From: Vicugna vicugna
Lineage: Eukaryota
Direction: 5' to 3'
NCBI GenBank assembly: GCA_013265495.1
Contig: MU058221.1
Span: 5,130,066-5,194,065, forward strand
Length of the DNA: 64,000 bases
Made by a program: the position numbers and the translations under genes. The notes below the pieces were generated by a model. The model made no database searches and had not been told where the DNA came from. It was given only the letters and a program-made list of their open reading frames with translations. Positions 12,443 through 23,357 of the stretch are shown one piece after another; position 1 is the first letter of the stretch; each line of letters begins with the position of its first letter.

Positions 12443-15400
12443 CCATCACTTCACAACAGTGTGTGCACAAAGATGTTCATCAGAGTCCCGTAGAAGGCAA
12501 AAATGAGAAACAACTTGAATGTCAACCAGCGAGGCAACAGCTGAATAAATTGCATGGTGGAGCCACACTATAGTATACTTTAACTGTTATGAAAAAGAAT
12601 GATTTTGCATAACAATGTGAAAATTCTTAATGCCACTGACCTGTATACTTTAAAATGGTTAACATCGTAAATATTATGGGTTTTTTTTTTTACTACAATC
12701 TTTCAAAAAGAGAAAAAAAATAGAATGATTTCTATCTCTACATAGTGTTCTGGAGAAACAGCTGTGAAAATTGTTAAGAGGAAAATCCACGTTTCAGGTA
12801 ACGTGTGGGTCTGTGTGTGTCTGTGTGTGCATGTGTTCCTAGAAAAAGGTATGGAAAGATACAAAACAAATTTTATTGTTAATTACCTTGGGGAGGGTGA
12901 GGCATCTATCCTTTGACTTGTAACGAGAATCATGATTTTAGAACCCAGAGCCAGGCTCAAGTCCCGGTTCCACTCCTGATTTGATGTGTGACTTGGACGC
13001 GTTACACGTTAGTTCCTTCATGTGCAGAACAGGAAGAGAAACAGTATCCGCCTTACGAGAACCGTTGTGAGGCACGGACATTAGAACAGTGCCCGTCACA
13101 GTAAATTACAGACGTTGTCATCGTTACATTACTATCTCCTTCAGCGTCATCTTCATTGTACCCCATGCACTCTTCCAGCCCTCCCTACCTACTGGGATCA
13201 TTGAAAGATTTGATTATCTGGAGAGAAAAACAGACAAACAAAAATTACAAGAAGCCAAAAACTGAGAGGATTCACACGGTACTTGTTTCAGATCCCACCA
13301 GAGCTAGCTTGTTTCTGAGGCCCTGTCTGAGCTTTGGCCCCATAGAACTGGCACAATTTTGGAAACACTTGACCTAGACTTCTTTCTTCTTGGCCCGTCA
13401 TCACATAGAAGGTAGTCTCGAAAGCCTAGGGGCTCTCATCTCAGCATCTCCACGCCTTCCCTATTGCTTTTCCAAGTGTCATCTCCCTCTGCTCTCCTGC
13501 CAAATCAACAGCTTCTTGTACTGCAAATGCCTTCTCTCACTAGAACTCTCTCTTGACTGGCAGACTGGTAAGACCTGGAGTTGTCACACTCGCTGTCTGA
13601 GTCGCAAACACCTGTTTATCGAATCCTAACCTTGCCTCTTTCGTGGAACTACGGCCACATTCTTTGGGTTGAGATGTGGAGCCTTTAGGCAGCAATTAGA
13701 TTTTTTTCTATGTGCTATACAGTGTTTCACATTCCACACATCTCATTCATGTTATATATGAAATAAATCAAAAACTCCTCCTAGTTTATTTTAACCTTAG
13801 GGCACTAATGTGTGGAATCAGAAATCTCATTCCTTTCAGAACAGGATGGCAATGAACTTCCTTGCGAGTGAAGAGCTCTCTATGTTATTAATTATAATGC
13901 TTGAGACTAAAACAAGGCAGTAGCTCTTTTCATTGATTTTACATGGTCCCCAGGGGTCCCTCATTTCCCCACTTCTTTGTGCCATCCGTTGTATTTATCT
14001 CCTCTTTCCTTTTTTCTCCTTCCCTTTCTCCCACTCTTCTCTCTCCCTGTCCTCAATCTTAAGTAACTTCTATGTGTCAAGCTCTCAGCAACAAAGCTTG
14101 AGCAAAAAAGATCACCATCTTATTGTCATGGAGCTTACAAATCTCACTGGGAGTTGAGACATGCATCATATAATCACCAAATCTGTATGTAATTTCAAAC
14201 AGCACTGAGTGCCATGTAGGAAAACACAGGACCCTGTGAGAAATCTGTGTAGGTGAAGATTTCATCCGGAAGGAGGCAGCTGAAGGCTTCATCCAGGAAG
14301 TGACAGCTGAGCTGGGGCAGGAAGGATGAGGAGGAATTAGCCAGGCATCTCCCCTCATTTAGAGCTCCCGGTGGGCAGAGACCAGGACTGTCACAGCACC
14401 AATCCTGGGTCTGCTTGACAGAAATGGGAGGAAGGGACAATGTGAAAAATGTAAGTCAATGACAATGAGCTCTGCTTTGTTTTGAGAGTAATCAATCAAT
14501 CAGTTTAACTGTTAAAAGGAAACCAAAGTAGAATACAGAAACAAGAAAGTGGCACAAGATGAGGCTGAAGAAGTAGCAGCCAAATCACACTGAGGCCTTT
14601 AAGGGTTCCTAGGGATTTGGGTCTTGATCCTTACAGAATTGGCCGCCACTGAAGGGTTATTAATTTTTTTTACAGCTAACTATTATGTGCTAAAGACTTT
14701 ACTTGCATCATTTTGTTGCATCCTTGATGCAATTCTGTAATCGTACCATTTTTATCCCAATTTTACAGCCTGAGAACCCTGAGGTGTAGAGGGTAAGCTG
14801 TTTGCGCAACACGATTCATGGCAGAGGCTTGACTCCAAAACCCCTACTCTTAACCATTAAATTACACGCTAAGAACAAAAACGAGTAGGTGAGCAAGCCG
14901 GAACAGCTGATTCTAACCTCCTTGGCAGGAACAGCCCCTCTGTGGAGCTGGTAGCATAGGGGTACAGGGTTTAATGACCTAATCACTGAATTTAATCCCC
15001 TTGTTCTGACTCCATATTAATCAAATAACTTTCTAATTATAGTCTGGCTTCCTGTATAGATTTTTCTGCTGGAAGATAAAGCACTGACCAGCCTACACAT
15101 GCAATTTGTTCCAGTTGGGAATTTTATTACTCATTGTAAGTTAACAAATTGGCATTCTGCTTTTTTTTTTTTTAAAAAAAGGTGAAATACTCTGAAACAG
15201 ACAAACGAGGAATTATGAAAGTCTTACAGTTATTTTTTTCCATGAAGTTAGTTTGAAAAATAGAAACAAATAAAAATAACATATATACTGTCTCTTTTGT
15301 AATTTAGCCTTTTCTTGCTCCCTGCTTTGAGGGACTATGGATGTGGCCATGAAGTCCAGAGATAAGCCCTTTCTTTACGTTCTTTGTTTAAACCCCCTAG

Positions 15401-16249
15401 AACAGCCCAAATGCTTCTATTGTTTCCCCATCGGAAGCCCACCTCGCCTCCCGCCTGCCGCGGAGAGGACGGTTCTTCTGAATTTACCTAATTCTCTGAG
15501 CAGTTAGCAGCTGGAAGCGGCTGCAAGGGGGTCTCATTCATTATCCCGGGATAATGAGCATCCTATCCTAGGAGCAGGCCGTTTCCTAATAACATCATTA
15601 AACCCGGTTTTCCTGAGCTTGGGGCCACCGCGGGTGTAACCCCCCCTCCCTCTCCGCGCCCTCCAACCAGCCCTGCACCAAGCTCGCTGCCCCAGTGCGG
15701 GAGGAAGGGTCACCCGCCCACCTGCCACTTGTGGGCTCCTTCCAAACCCGGACTCCATGAAATCGGTCCCCGACTCACTAAATCCTCGTTGGCCCAAGTT
15801 TGGTTTTGTTCTTTTCCCTTCTTTCCCTATAATTCCTTTAATGGGCAAAACTGGCACAAACGCAGGTGGACATTTTAAACTGAAAGCTGCAGGAAACGGA
15901 CCATTGCACCTTGTCAAGAGATCTGCTGAATCACATGGGCGACACAGGCACCCCCCCTCCAAAATATTCAACAGTCTTTTGAACGGAAGATTGAAATGAC
16001 ACTCTAAACATCGACTTTTTTTCCCCCTCTAAGATAGGAAAGTCAGCAAATGCAAAGTCAGCCTTGTGAGCAGCCTCCTTTTTCGGGCAGAGAAAAGGCT
16101 GGAGTTGGAGGGGCCGAGTGCGGCCTCCACCGTAGGGTCAGCAAAGGGTAAGGGCCTCTCTCGGAAACTTTAGCGCTGGGGGAGAGAAGGGGACGGCAAT
16201 CGTTGATATCGATGACAGAACGCTCTTTATTCTGCTTCTCGGCCATTTT

Positions 16250-17750
16250 CCCCACAGAACCATTAACCAAGAAATTGCTAGGAACTAGACGGCCCCCGCA
16301 GGGTCGCCCGCCGCCAGCAGCGCGCAGGGCGGGGATGCACAAGGCCGTGCGAAGGAACGTCCGCTGACCAGCCAAGATGGCCACTTTCACGTGGCTATGG
16401 GCCACTGGCTCCCTGTCACTCGGGCACCCAAAGGCGGGGCGGCAGGAAAGACCCTCGGGCTGAGCCGGAGGACAAAACCCATGCCGATTCCCGCCGCCGC
16501 CGCTGGGGGACGCGACCTCGCGGCCAGAGAACCCGGCCAACGGTCGGAAGGGAGGTACCATGTCACAGCACAGGGGAGCAGTCCCACCAAGTCCTTGTCG
16601 CTTTTCCTCCCTCATCGAACATGGAAGCGTAGAACGACTCTATATATTCGCATTTACCCTTACGCCTTGTTAGAAGTGCTTAATACGGCGAAATATTCGC
16701 AGAAGGGGCGCGTTACCTCCGCTCCCCACCTGCCTGGCAGAGTGGTTCGGCCCGAGCTCCCCTCGGCGCACCGCCCCTTCCCCACCCCCCCGCCCCCGCG
16801 CGAGTGGCGCATTGGCGCGCGGCGCCGAGGGGCGGGGCCCGGGCCGGGCGCGCGCGGGCGCCGTATATAAATACTGGGCCGCGCCACCCGCCGCCTCGTT
16901 CGCTGCGCGCCGCCCGCCCGAGCTGAGTAGAACGTTGCGTTCTGCTCGCGCACTTCGCAGTCGTCTTCTTGCCGCTCCCTTTTCTCCTCGCCGCTACTCT
17001 CACTCACCGCCACCGCCATGAACGGGCAGCTCAACGGCTTCCACGACGCGTTCATTGAGGAGGGCACGTTCCTCTTCACCTCCGAGTCTGTGGGGGAAGG
17101 CCACCCAGGTGAGGTGACGGGGCCTGGAGCGAAGCGAGGGGCGGGGCGCCGGGCCTGGCCAGCCAGCCGGAGCCGCCGGCCGCGGTGCGCACGCCGGTGA
17201 CCCTCCCCCGGCGGGCGGTGCGGAGAGCGCGGCCGCGCGCCCTCCTCGTGGCGCCGCCGGTGCCGAGCGCGTGGCCGCCGCTCCCCTCACTCCTCCCCTC
17301 CCATCCGGCCGCGCGCCCCGGCATGCGGAAGATTCCAGAAAACGAGAAGGGCGGGGGCCGCGGCCGCTCGTGCTCTACCCGGGGAGGGCACGGTTTCCGC
17401 CTCCCCGCCCTGCGGGCCGAGCCGCCTCGAGTGGGCGGCCGGCCCCGCGTGCTCGCGGCCGGCCCGCGGGAGCGCGCGCCCCGCATTGCAGCCGCAACCA
17501 CGTGTTTGCCGCATGTGGCCTCGGCAAGGGAGCCGGCGGGTGACCCGGGTTTGCGGAGCGGGGCCCGGGCCTCAGAGGGGGTCCCCTCTTCCCGTTAATT
17601 CCCTCCCTCTGGTCCACGCTCCACTGAAGACTATGACGTGCCCTTAGGCGGTTATGGCCTTGCGTCAAGGTGACAGCCTCCAACTAAATATAGCGCGTGT
17701 CGGAGGAGGCCTGCCTTATTTGGACCGCGCGTGAGGAGGACAGGAAGCGT
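16250..17750. promoter_or_regulatory. MAT2A CpG island/promoter with TATA box, GC box and inverted CCAAT
   Basis: Dense CpG. TATATAAA 16864-16871, GGGGCGGGGC 16829-16838 and ATTGG 16811-16815 lie ~150-200 bp upstream of the ATG. Confidence 0.9.
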
Positions 17751-20700
17751 GAATTAAGTGTAAGCTGCCATTGCGTTGGGTCTCCTTTTAAAGTCTGCGG
17801 GGCTGACCCTCAGGCAAGGTTTTACTTCATTTGTCCTCCGGGCTTTGTCCACTCGTCCGCCATTATGGAGATCAGTTTACACGCGCACGAGTGAAGCTGT
17901 TGGAAGGAGCTTTCGATCTCAGCCTGGAAAACTCACCTAGTAAAAGATCGTTATTTTACTGGAGTGTTCCAGCCCTTTCTTAGGATGACCACGATGACAG
18001 ATACCTAGTCTGATGGGTTAAGGATCCATTTCTCTAGTAAGTCTGCTGTGCCTATGATGAAATCCCACGAGCAACCTCGTGGTATAGGAGAGGACAAACC
18101 CCAAGATCTGCTGAGTGAAGGTCAAGTGTGGTGTGGTGACTTTACCCCTCAGTACTGAGAGCTTATCATATGGATTAGACCCGCCTTCTGTTAATTTCAT
18201 TTAAGTCCCAGCGTTTGCGTTAGATTAAGTCTTTGGCCTCTGACTTGACTGTAGCACACATTTCGCTTTAATTTTTTTGGATGGTTATAGAAAATTTAGG
18301 AAAGTGATGTTTGGGAGTTTATTACTGTTCCCGCTCCTAATTTTTAATAGAAGGCAATGCAGTGGGGGGAAGATCATCAAGGATTCAGCCTGCGTTTGGG
18401 GATTTCCCATACTGTTCAGTTCTTGTTCCTTGTCTCCTCTTAAGATCAAATGATTTGTTCACAAAGTGTCCTTGCTTTCATCTAACTCTTTAGGAGGCAC
18501 TTCTGTAAATGACAGTATTTCTCATTGCCCTAATTGGTGCTTCTTAGGGTCAGAGAGAAATTGATAAGATAAACAGTTCACCTCTCTGGCTGGTTAGATT
18601 TATAATACAAACTTTAAACTTTGGGGATAAAATGTAATTACAGTTGTTCTTGAAAAATAATACTCCTTGCTTTGCTTTTGGATGGAAGATAAACCTACCT
18701 TAAAGGTGGAACTGAAGTCCTTGTAAGATTCAAAGTGCATTATATTGCAAAGAGTTTAAATGTATTAAACATGCTGAGTGTTTTGCTGGCTTTTCTGGAT
18801 TGGTGATCTTGTGCAGCTATACTAAGACTCAGGTGTAGGTAACATGTAGCACTGTGTCCAGCATTTGTTCTTCAGGCAAATAGTTTCTGTAAAAGCAGTG
18901 CTTTCCGCAGACAGCAGGTAGAAGAATGCCACTGAAAATGAACACTTGAACGGGTTAAATTGGTAAACTTTACGTTCTGTAAGTTCTGCCGCAGTTTTTA
19001 AAAGAAAGCTCTCACAAAGATCTTTACAGCTGTAGTTAAAAGGAAGGAGCATGACACGCTAACAGCAAGTTAAAGAAATTGAGTAAGGAATTTTTTTTCC
19101 AGATAAGATTTGTGACCAGATCAGTGATGCTGTCCTTGATGCCCACCTTCAGCAGGACCCTGATGCCAAAGTGGCTTGTGGTAGGTTCAGAACACTGCTT
19201 TCTCAGCTGATGAAAAAGTAACGTGAAAATGACTTTGTAAAAGGGATGTTGGAGTGTGAACTTCTCTTTTATAGAAACTGTTGCTAAAACTGGAATGATC
19301 CTTCTTGCTGGAGAAATCACATCCAGAGCTGCTGTTGACTACCAGAAAGTGGTTCGTGAAACCATTAAACACATTGGCTATGATGATTCTTCCAAAGGTG
19401 TGTTTTAATGAGTTGGCTTTTCTAATCTAATTTTTTCAGACCTTTTCTTCAGTCTTCTCTAGCTCTATTTTCTAGAATGTTCCCAGGAATCTTTAATGCC
19501 ACTTGTATACTTACTGTCTTTTTGTTCCAGTGCTGTTCTGGTGTCCAAAAGTACTAAATTTTAGGTATATGATTTCTTCAGCAGTATTTACAATTGTAGA
19601 TAATTGTTGTAAATACTAAGTATTGCTATAGCCTCCTTCCTTTTCTTTTTTTTCTTTTTAAACAAGACATTGCTTTGTTTATAGGGTTTGACTACAAGAC
19701 TTGTAATGTGCTAGTAGCTTTGGAGCAGCAGTCACCAGATATTGCTCAAGGTGTTCATCTTGACCGGAATGAGGAAGACATTGGTGCAGGAGACCAGGTA
19801 TCTTGGTAGACATTTCTTTGCATTACTTCTAACATTAAATTCTGAAGCATGGATTTATCACATTGGTGACTTTTCTTTTTCTAGGGTTTGATGTTTGGGT
19901 ATGCCACTGATGAAACTGAGGAATGTATGCCTTTAACCATTGTCTTAGCACACAAGCTCAATGCCAAATTGGCTGAGCTGCGCCGAAATGGCACTTTGCC
20001 TTGGTTACGCCCGGATTCTAAAACTCAAGTGAGTGGAAATCATCATAAAATTAGATGACACACGTTGAGTTGGCACAGAACATCAGTAAAGTTGTTTGAT
20101 TAAAGTTAAAGAATAGCATTTGTTTTGTTTGGTAGACTGATGGTCTTGATGGTCTGATCTGTTTTGCTTTCAAGGTGACTGTGCAGTATATGCAGGATCG
20201 AGGTGCTGTGCTTCCCATCAGAGTCCACACAATTGTTATATCTGTTCAGCATGATGAAGAAGTTTGTCTTGATGAGATGAGGGATGCCCTAAAGGAGAAA
20301 GTCATCAAAGCTGTGGTACCTGCAAAATACCTTGATGAGGATACAATCTATCATCTACAGCCAAGTGGCAGATTTGTTATTGGTGGGCCTCAGGTAAGGC
20401 CTTACAGTGTCAATTCAGCTTGCTTTTTTTGATCTTCTGTCATGGTTACTTGCAAAAATTTGGCTACTTTCACCTTTTTTCTAGGTTGTTTTTGAAGTCT
20501 ACATGTGAATCTTCTGAGGAAATTTCCTGAGTGATACTGAATAAGCATTTAACAAGCCTGATCTAGAACCACTGGAAAGGGTTAGGCGTAAAGTGACTTA
20601 AATCCTGTAATTTCAGGGTGATGCTGGTTTGACTGGCCGGAAAATCATTGTGGACACTTACGGCGGTTGGGGAGCTCATGGAGGAGGTGCCTTTTCAGGA

Positions 20701-21859
20701 AAGGATTATACCAAGGTGGACCGATCAGCTGCTTATGCCGCTCGTTGGGTGGCAAAATCCCTTGTTAAAGGAGGTCTGTGCAGAAGGGTTCTTGTTCAGG
20801 TATATACTCTTTTATACAACTGGGATGATTAAAAAGCATATAAGGGGGGCATTTGGTAAATTATCTATGGTCTTTTTTTATACCAGTGTATTACACTTGT
20901 ACGTGGGTTTTTTGATCACTGACTTTTATGACATTTAAATTCTTTTAGGTCTCTTATGCTATTGGAGTATCTCATCCATTGTCTATCTCCATTTTCCATT
21001 ATGGCACCTCTCAGAAGAGTGAGAGAGAGCTATTAGAGATTGTGAAGAAGAACTTTGACCTCCGCCCTGGGGTCATTGTCAGGTAAAGATGGTAAAGCCT
21101 ATTGCTAGTGAAAAAATACTGAGGGTGTGGGTGTGTATGTCTATGTATTTCGATGTGTCCAAATCTGAGGGTCAAGGTGTGAAAGACGACTCAAGTGGGG
21201 AAATACTTTAATTCCTAGGACGTGCTGATGTCATCTTTTCAATTGCCTTCATTAAAGGCTTAAATTACTAGGAAAAATCTAAAATTACAGTGCTCCACAA
21301 CTTAGACTGACTACCCTAGAAAGTCCTCCACATTTGATACGAGGCTTTGTTCGTGTTACCTAAGGAATGTTTACTTAACAGAAATTAGTACAAATAAATG
21401 GAATGTTCATGGCTGTTATAAAGAAAATAACCATAGTAGGGTGTGGGCATGGGACCTCGGTAAGTATTCCATGATGTTAGATGAGCTTTTGACACTTGGA
21501 ATTTCTCAGAATAATGACAAGTTTTCATATTTGTTGAGCCAGGGACGGAAAAACAAGAACTATAGTTACTAATAAGGACTGTGCAAGGAGTTTGGACACC
21601 AGGGAAGTAACAAACACTTTTGCCACAAACTTCTTTCCTAGCACACCCCAGAGAACTGAACTCATTTGCCAGGAGTCTTGAAAATGAGTCTTGCTGATTG
21701 TTTTGCTTTATTTTAATTGAATGCTACATATTAAGTTACGGACTTGTATATTCCAGGGATCTGGATCTGAAGAAGCCAATTTATCAGAGGACTGCAGCCT
21801 ATGGCCACTTTGGTAGGGACAGCTTCCCATGGGAAGTGCCCAAAAAGCTTAAATATTGA
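17018..21859 (+). CDS. MAT2A: S-adenosylmethionine synthase isoform 2 (methionine adenosyltransferase 2A), 9 coding exons, 395 aa
   Basis: Exons 17018-17108, 19103-19180, 19275-19397, 19685-19797, 19885-20028, 20175-20393, 20617-20799, 20949-21082, 21757-21859. All introns are GT-AG; total 1188 nt. Peptide [32 protein letters not shown]...GAGDQGLMFGYA...GGGAFSGKD...EVPKKLKY*; strong Kozak (gccgccATG-like caccgccATG). Confidence 0.99.
21083..21756 (+). promoter_or_regulatory. MAT2A intron 8, the SAM-regulated detained (retained) intron
   Basis: Last intron of MAT2A with donor AG|GTAAAG and a short, interrupted pyrimidine tract (gttacggacttgtatattccag). Regulated retention of this intron is established for mammalian MAT2A. 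Confidence 0.85.
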
Positions 21860-21868
21860 AAGTGTTAG

Positions 21869-21932
21869 CCTTTTTTCCCCAGACTTGTTGGCGTAGGCTA
21901 CAGAGAAGCCTTCAAGCTCTGAGGGAAAGGGC
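21869..21932 (+). promoter_or_regulatory. MAT2A 3'UTR hairpin 1 (METTL16 site)
   Basis: TACAGAGAA at 21899-21907 within ggcgtaggc-TACAGAGAA-gcc, enclosed by ccttttttccccagacttg...caagctctgagggaaagg. Confidence 0.95.
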
Positions 21933-22670
21933 CCTTCTTCCTAAATTTTCCTGTCCTCTTTCAGCTCCTGATCAGTTGCAGTCACTCTAGTCAATGACAT
22001 GAATTTTAGCTTGTGTGGGGGACTGTAAGTTGGGCTTGCTATTCTGTCCCTAGGTGTTTTGTTCACCATTATAATGAATTTAGTGAGCATAGGTGATCCA
22101 TGTAACTGCCTAGAAACAAACCAACAACACTGTAGTAAATAATGCTTTGAAATTGAACCTTTGTGCCCTATCAACCCAACCTTCTAAAATCCTAATTGCA
22201 TTGAGTTTCCCACCAAATGCTGAAAATGTCCTTGTAATGTGCACGTAAAGTACTTGTAGTTCCATTATAGCCTCTTGTCTGGCAATGCCACAGCCCTGTC
22301 AGCATGAATTTGTAATGTCTTGAGCTCTATTATGAATGTGAAGCCTTCCCTTATCCTCCCTATAACTTGATCCATTTCTAATTATGTAGCTCTTTGTCAG
22401 GGAGCGTTCCCTATCCAATCACTCTTGCATGTAACGCAAGTTCCAATTGGAGCTCTAGCCTGACATAAGAAAAAAAAAAGGCAGTTACCATTAAACCATC
22501 TCCCTGGTGCTTATGCTCTTAATTGCCATCTTTAAACAGCACCAAATCAAAATCTCTCCACTTTTCAGCTGTCTTTTGGAGGACGTACGTAATAAGGTTT
22601 TTATTTAGTAAACCAATCCTATGCATGGTTTCAGCACTAGCCAAACCACCAACTCCTAGCTCTAGAAAAA

Positions 22671-22724
22671 CAGGCACTTGGCACCCTTGTGATGTGATAC
22701 AGAGAAGTCACAGGGCAGTACCTG
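22671..22724 (+). promoter_or_regulatory. MAT2A 3'UTR hairpin 2 (METTL16 site)
   Basis: TACAGAGAA 22698-22706; stem cccttgtga...tcacaggg. Confidence 0.92.
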
Positions 22725-22860
22725 AGGGTCTGTAGGTTGCACACTTTGGTACCAGATAACTTTTTTTTTTCTTTATAAGAAAGACTGAGTACTCCACACT
22801 GCACAATAACTCCTCCCAAGGTTTTAACTTTGTTTTGTTTTCAAAACCAGGTCCAATGAG

Positions 22861-22910
22861 CTTTCTGAACAGCTGGTGTAGCTACAGAGAAACCAGCTTC
22901 CTTCAGAGAG
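22861..22910 (+). promoter_or_regulatory. MAT2A 3'UTR hairpin 3 (METTL16 site)
   Basis: TACAGAGAA 22883-22891; stem ctttctgaa-c-agctggt...accagct-tcc-ttcagagag. Confidence 0.92.
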
Positions 22911-22979
22911 CAGTGCTTTTGGCGGGGAGGAGGAAATCCCTTCATACTTGAACATTTTCTAATCGCTTATTTATTGTAT

Positions 22980-23020
22980 TCTGGGGTATGGCGTAAGTAC
23001 AGAGAAGCCATCACCTCAGA
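22980..23020 (+). promoter_or_regulatory. MAT2A 3'UTR hairpin 4 (METTL16 site)
   Basis: TACAGAGAA 22998-23006; stem tctggggt-atggc...gccat-c-acctcaga. Confidence 0.92.
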
Positions 23021-23088
23021 TGGCAGCTTTTAAAAGATTTTTTTTTTTTTCCTCAACACCATGATTCCTTTAACATGTTTCCAGCATT

Positions 23089-23134
23089 CCCAGGTAGGCC
23101 AAGGTGTCCTACAGAAAAACCTTGGGTTAGACCT
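23089..23134 (+). promoter_or_regulatory. MAT2A 3'UTR hairpin 5 (variant nonamer UACAGAAAA)
   Basis: TACAGAAAA 23110-23118; stem ccaaggt...accttgg. Confidence 0.88.
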
Positions 23135-23188
23135 ACAGGGGGTCTGGCTGGTGTTAACAGAAGGGAGGGCAGAGCTGGTGCGGCTGGC

Positions 23189-23255
23189 CATGGAGAAAGC
23201 TGACTTGGCTGGTGTGGTACAGAGAAGCCAGCTTGTTTACATGCTTATTCCATGA
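23189..23255 (+). promoter_or_regulatory. MAT2A 3'UTR hairpin 6 (METTL16 site)
   Basis: TACAGAGAA 23218-23226; inner stem ggctggt...gccagct, outer catgga...tccatg. Confidence 0.92.
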
Positions 23256-23351
23256 CTGCTTGCCCTAAGCAGAAAGTGCCTTTCAGGATCTATTTTTGGA
23301 GGTTTATTACGTATGTCTGGTTCTCAATTCCAACAGTTTAATGAAGATCTA

Positions 23352-23357
23352 AATAAA
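23352..23357 (+). terminator. MAT2A distal polyadenylation signal AATAAA
   Basis: AATAAA just after hairpin 6, followed by GT/T-rich downstream sequence (tgtgtcc, tgttttggtttg). Confidence 0.8.

Noticed and set aside
1..15500. Exons of an upstream neighbour such as SH2D6, or a processed pseudogene
   Set aside because: I found no recognisable coding similarity other than L1 ORF2 remnants.
15500..16850. Orthologue of the human antisense lncRNA PARTICL
   Set aside because: The position fits, but nothing in the sequence alone supports a transcript.
21647..21656. CCCAGAGAA in MAT2A intron 8 as an extra METTL16 site
   Set aside because: It lacks the UAC with the methylated A, and there is no obvious enclosing stem.
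21899..23226. U6 snRNA fragments or a CRISPR-like repeat array
   Set aside because: Only the 9-nt box is shared with U6. Spacing is irregular and the context is a eukaryotic 3'UTR.
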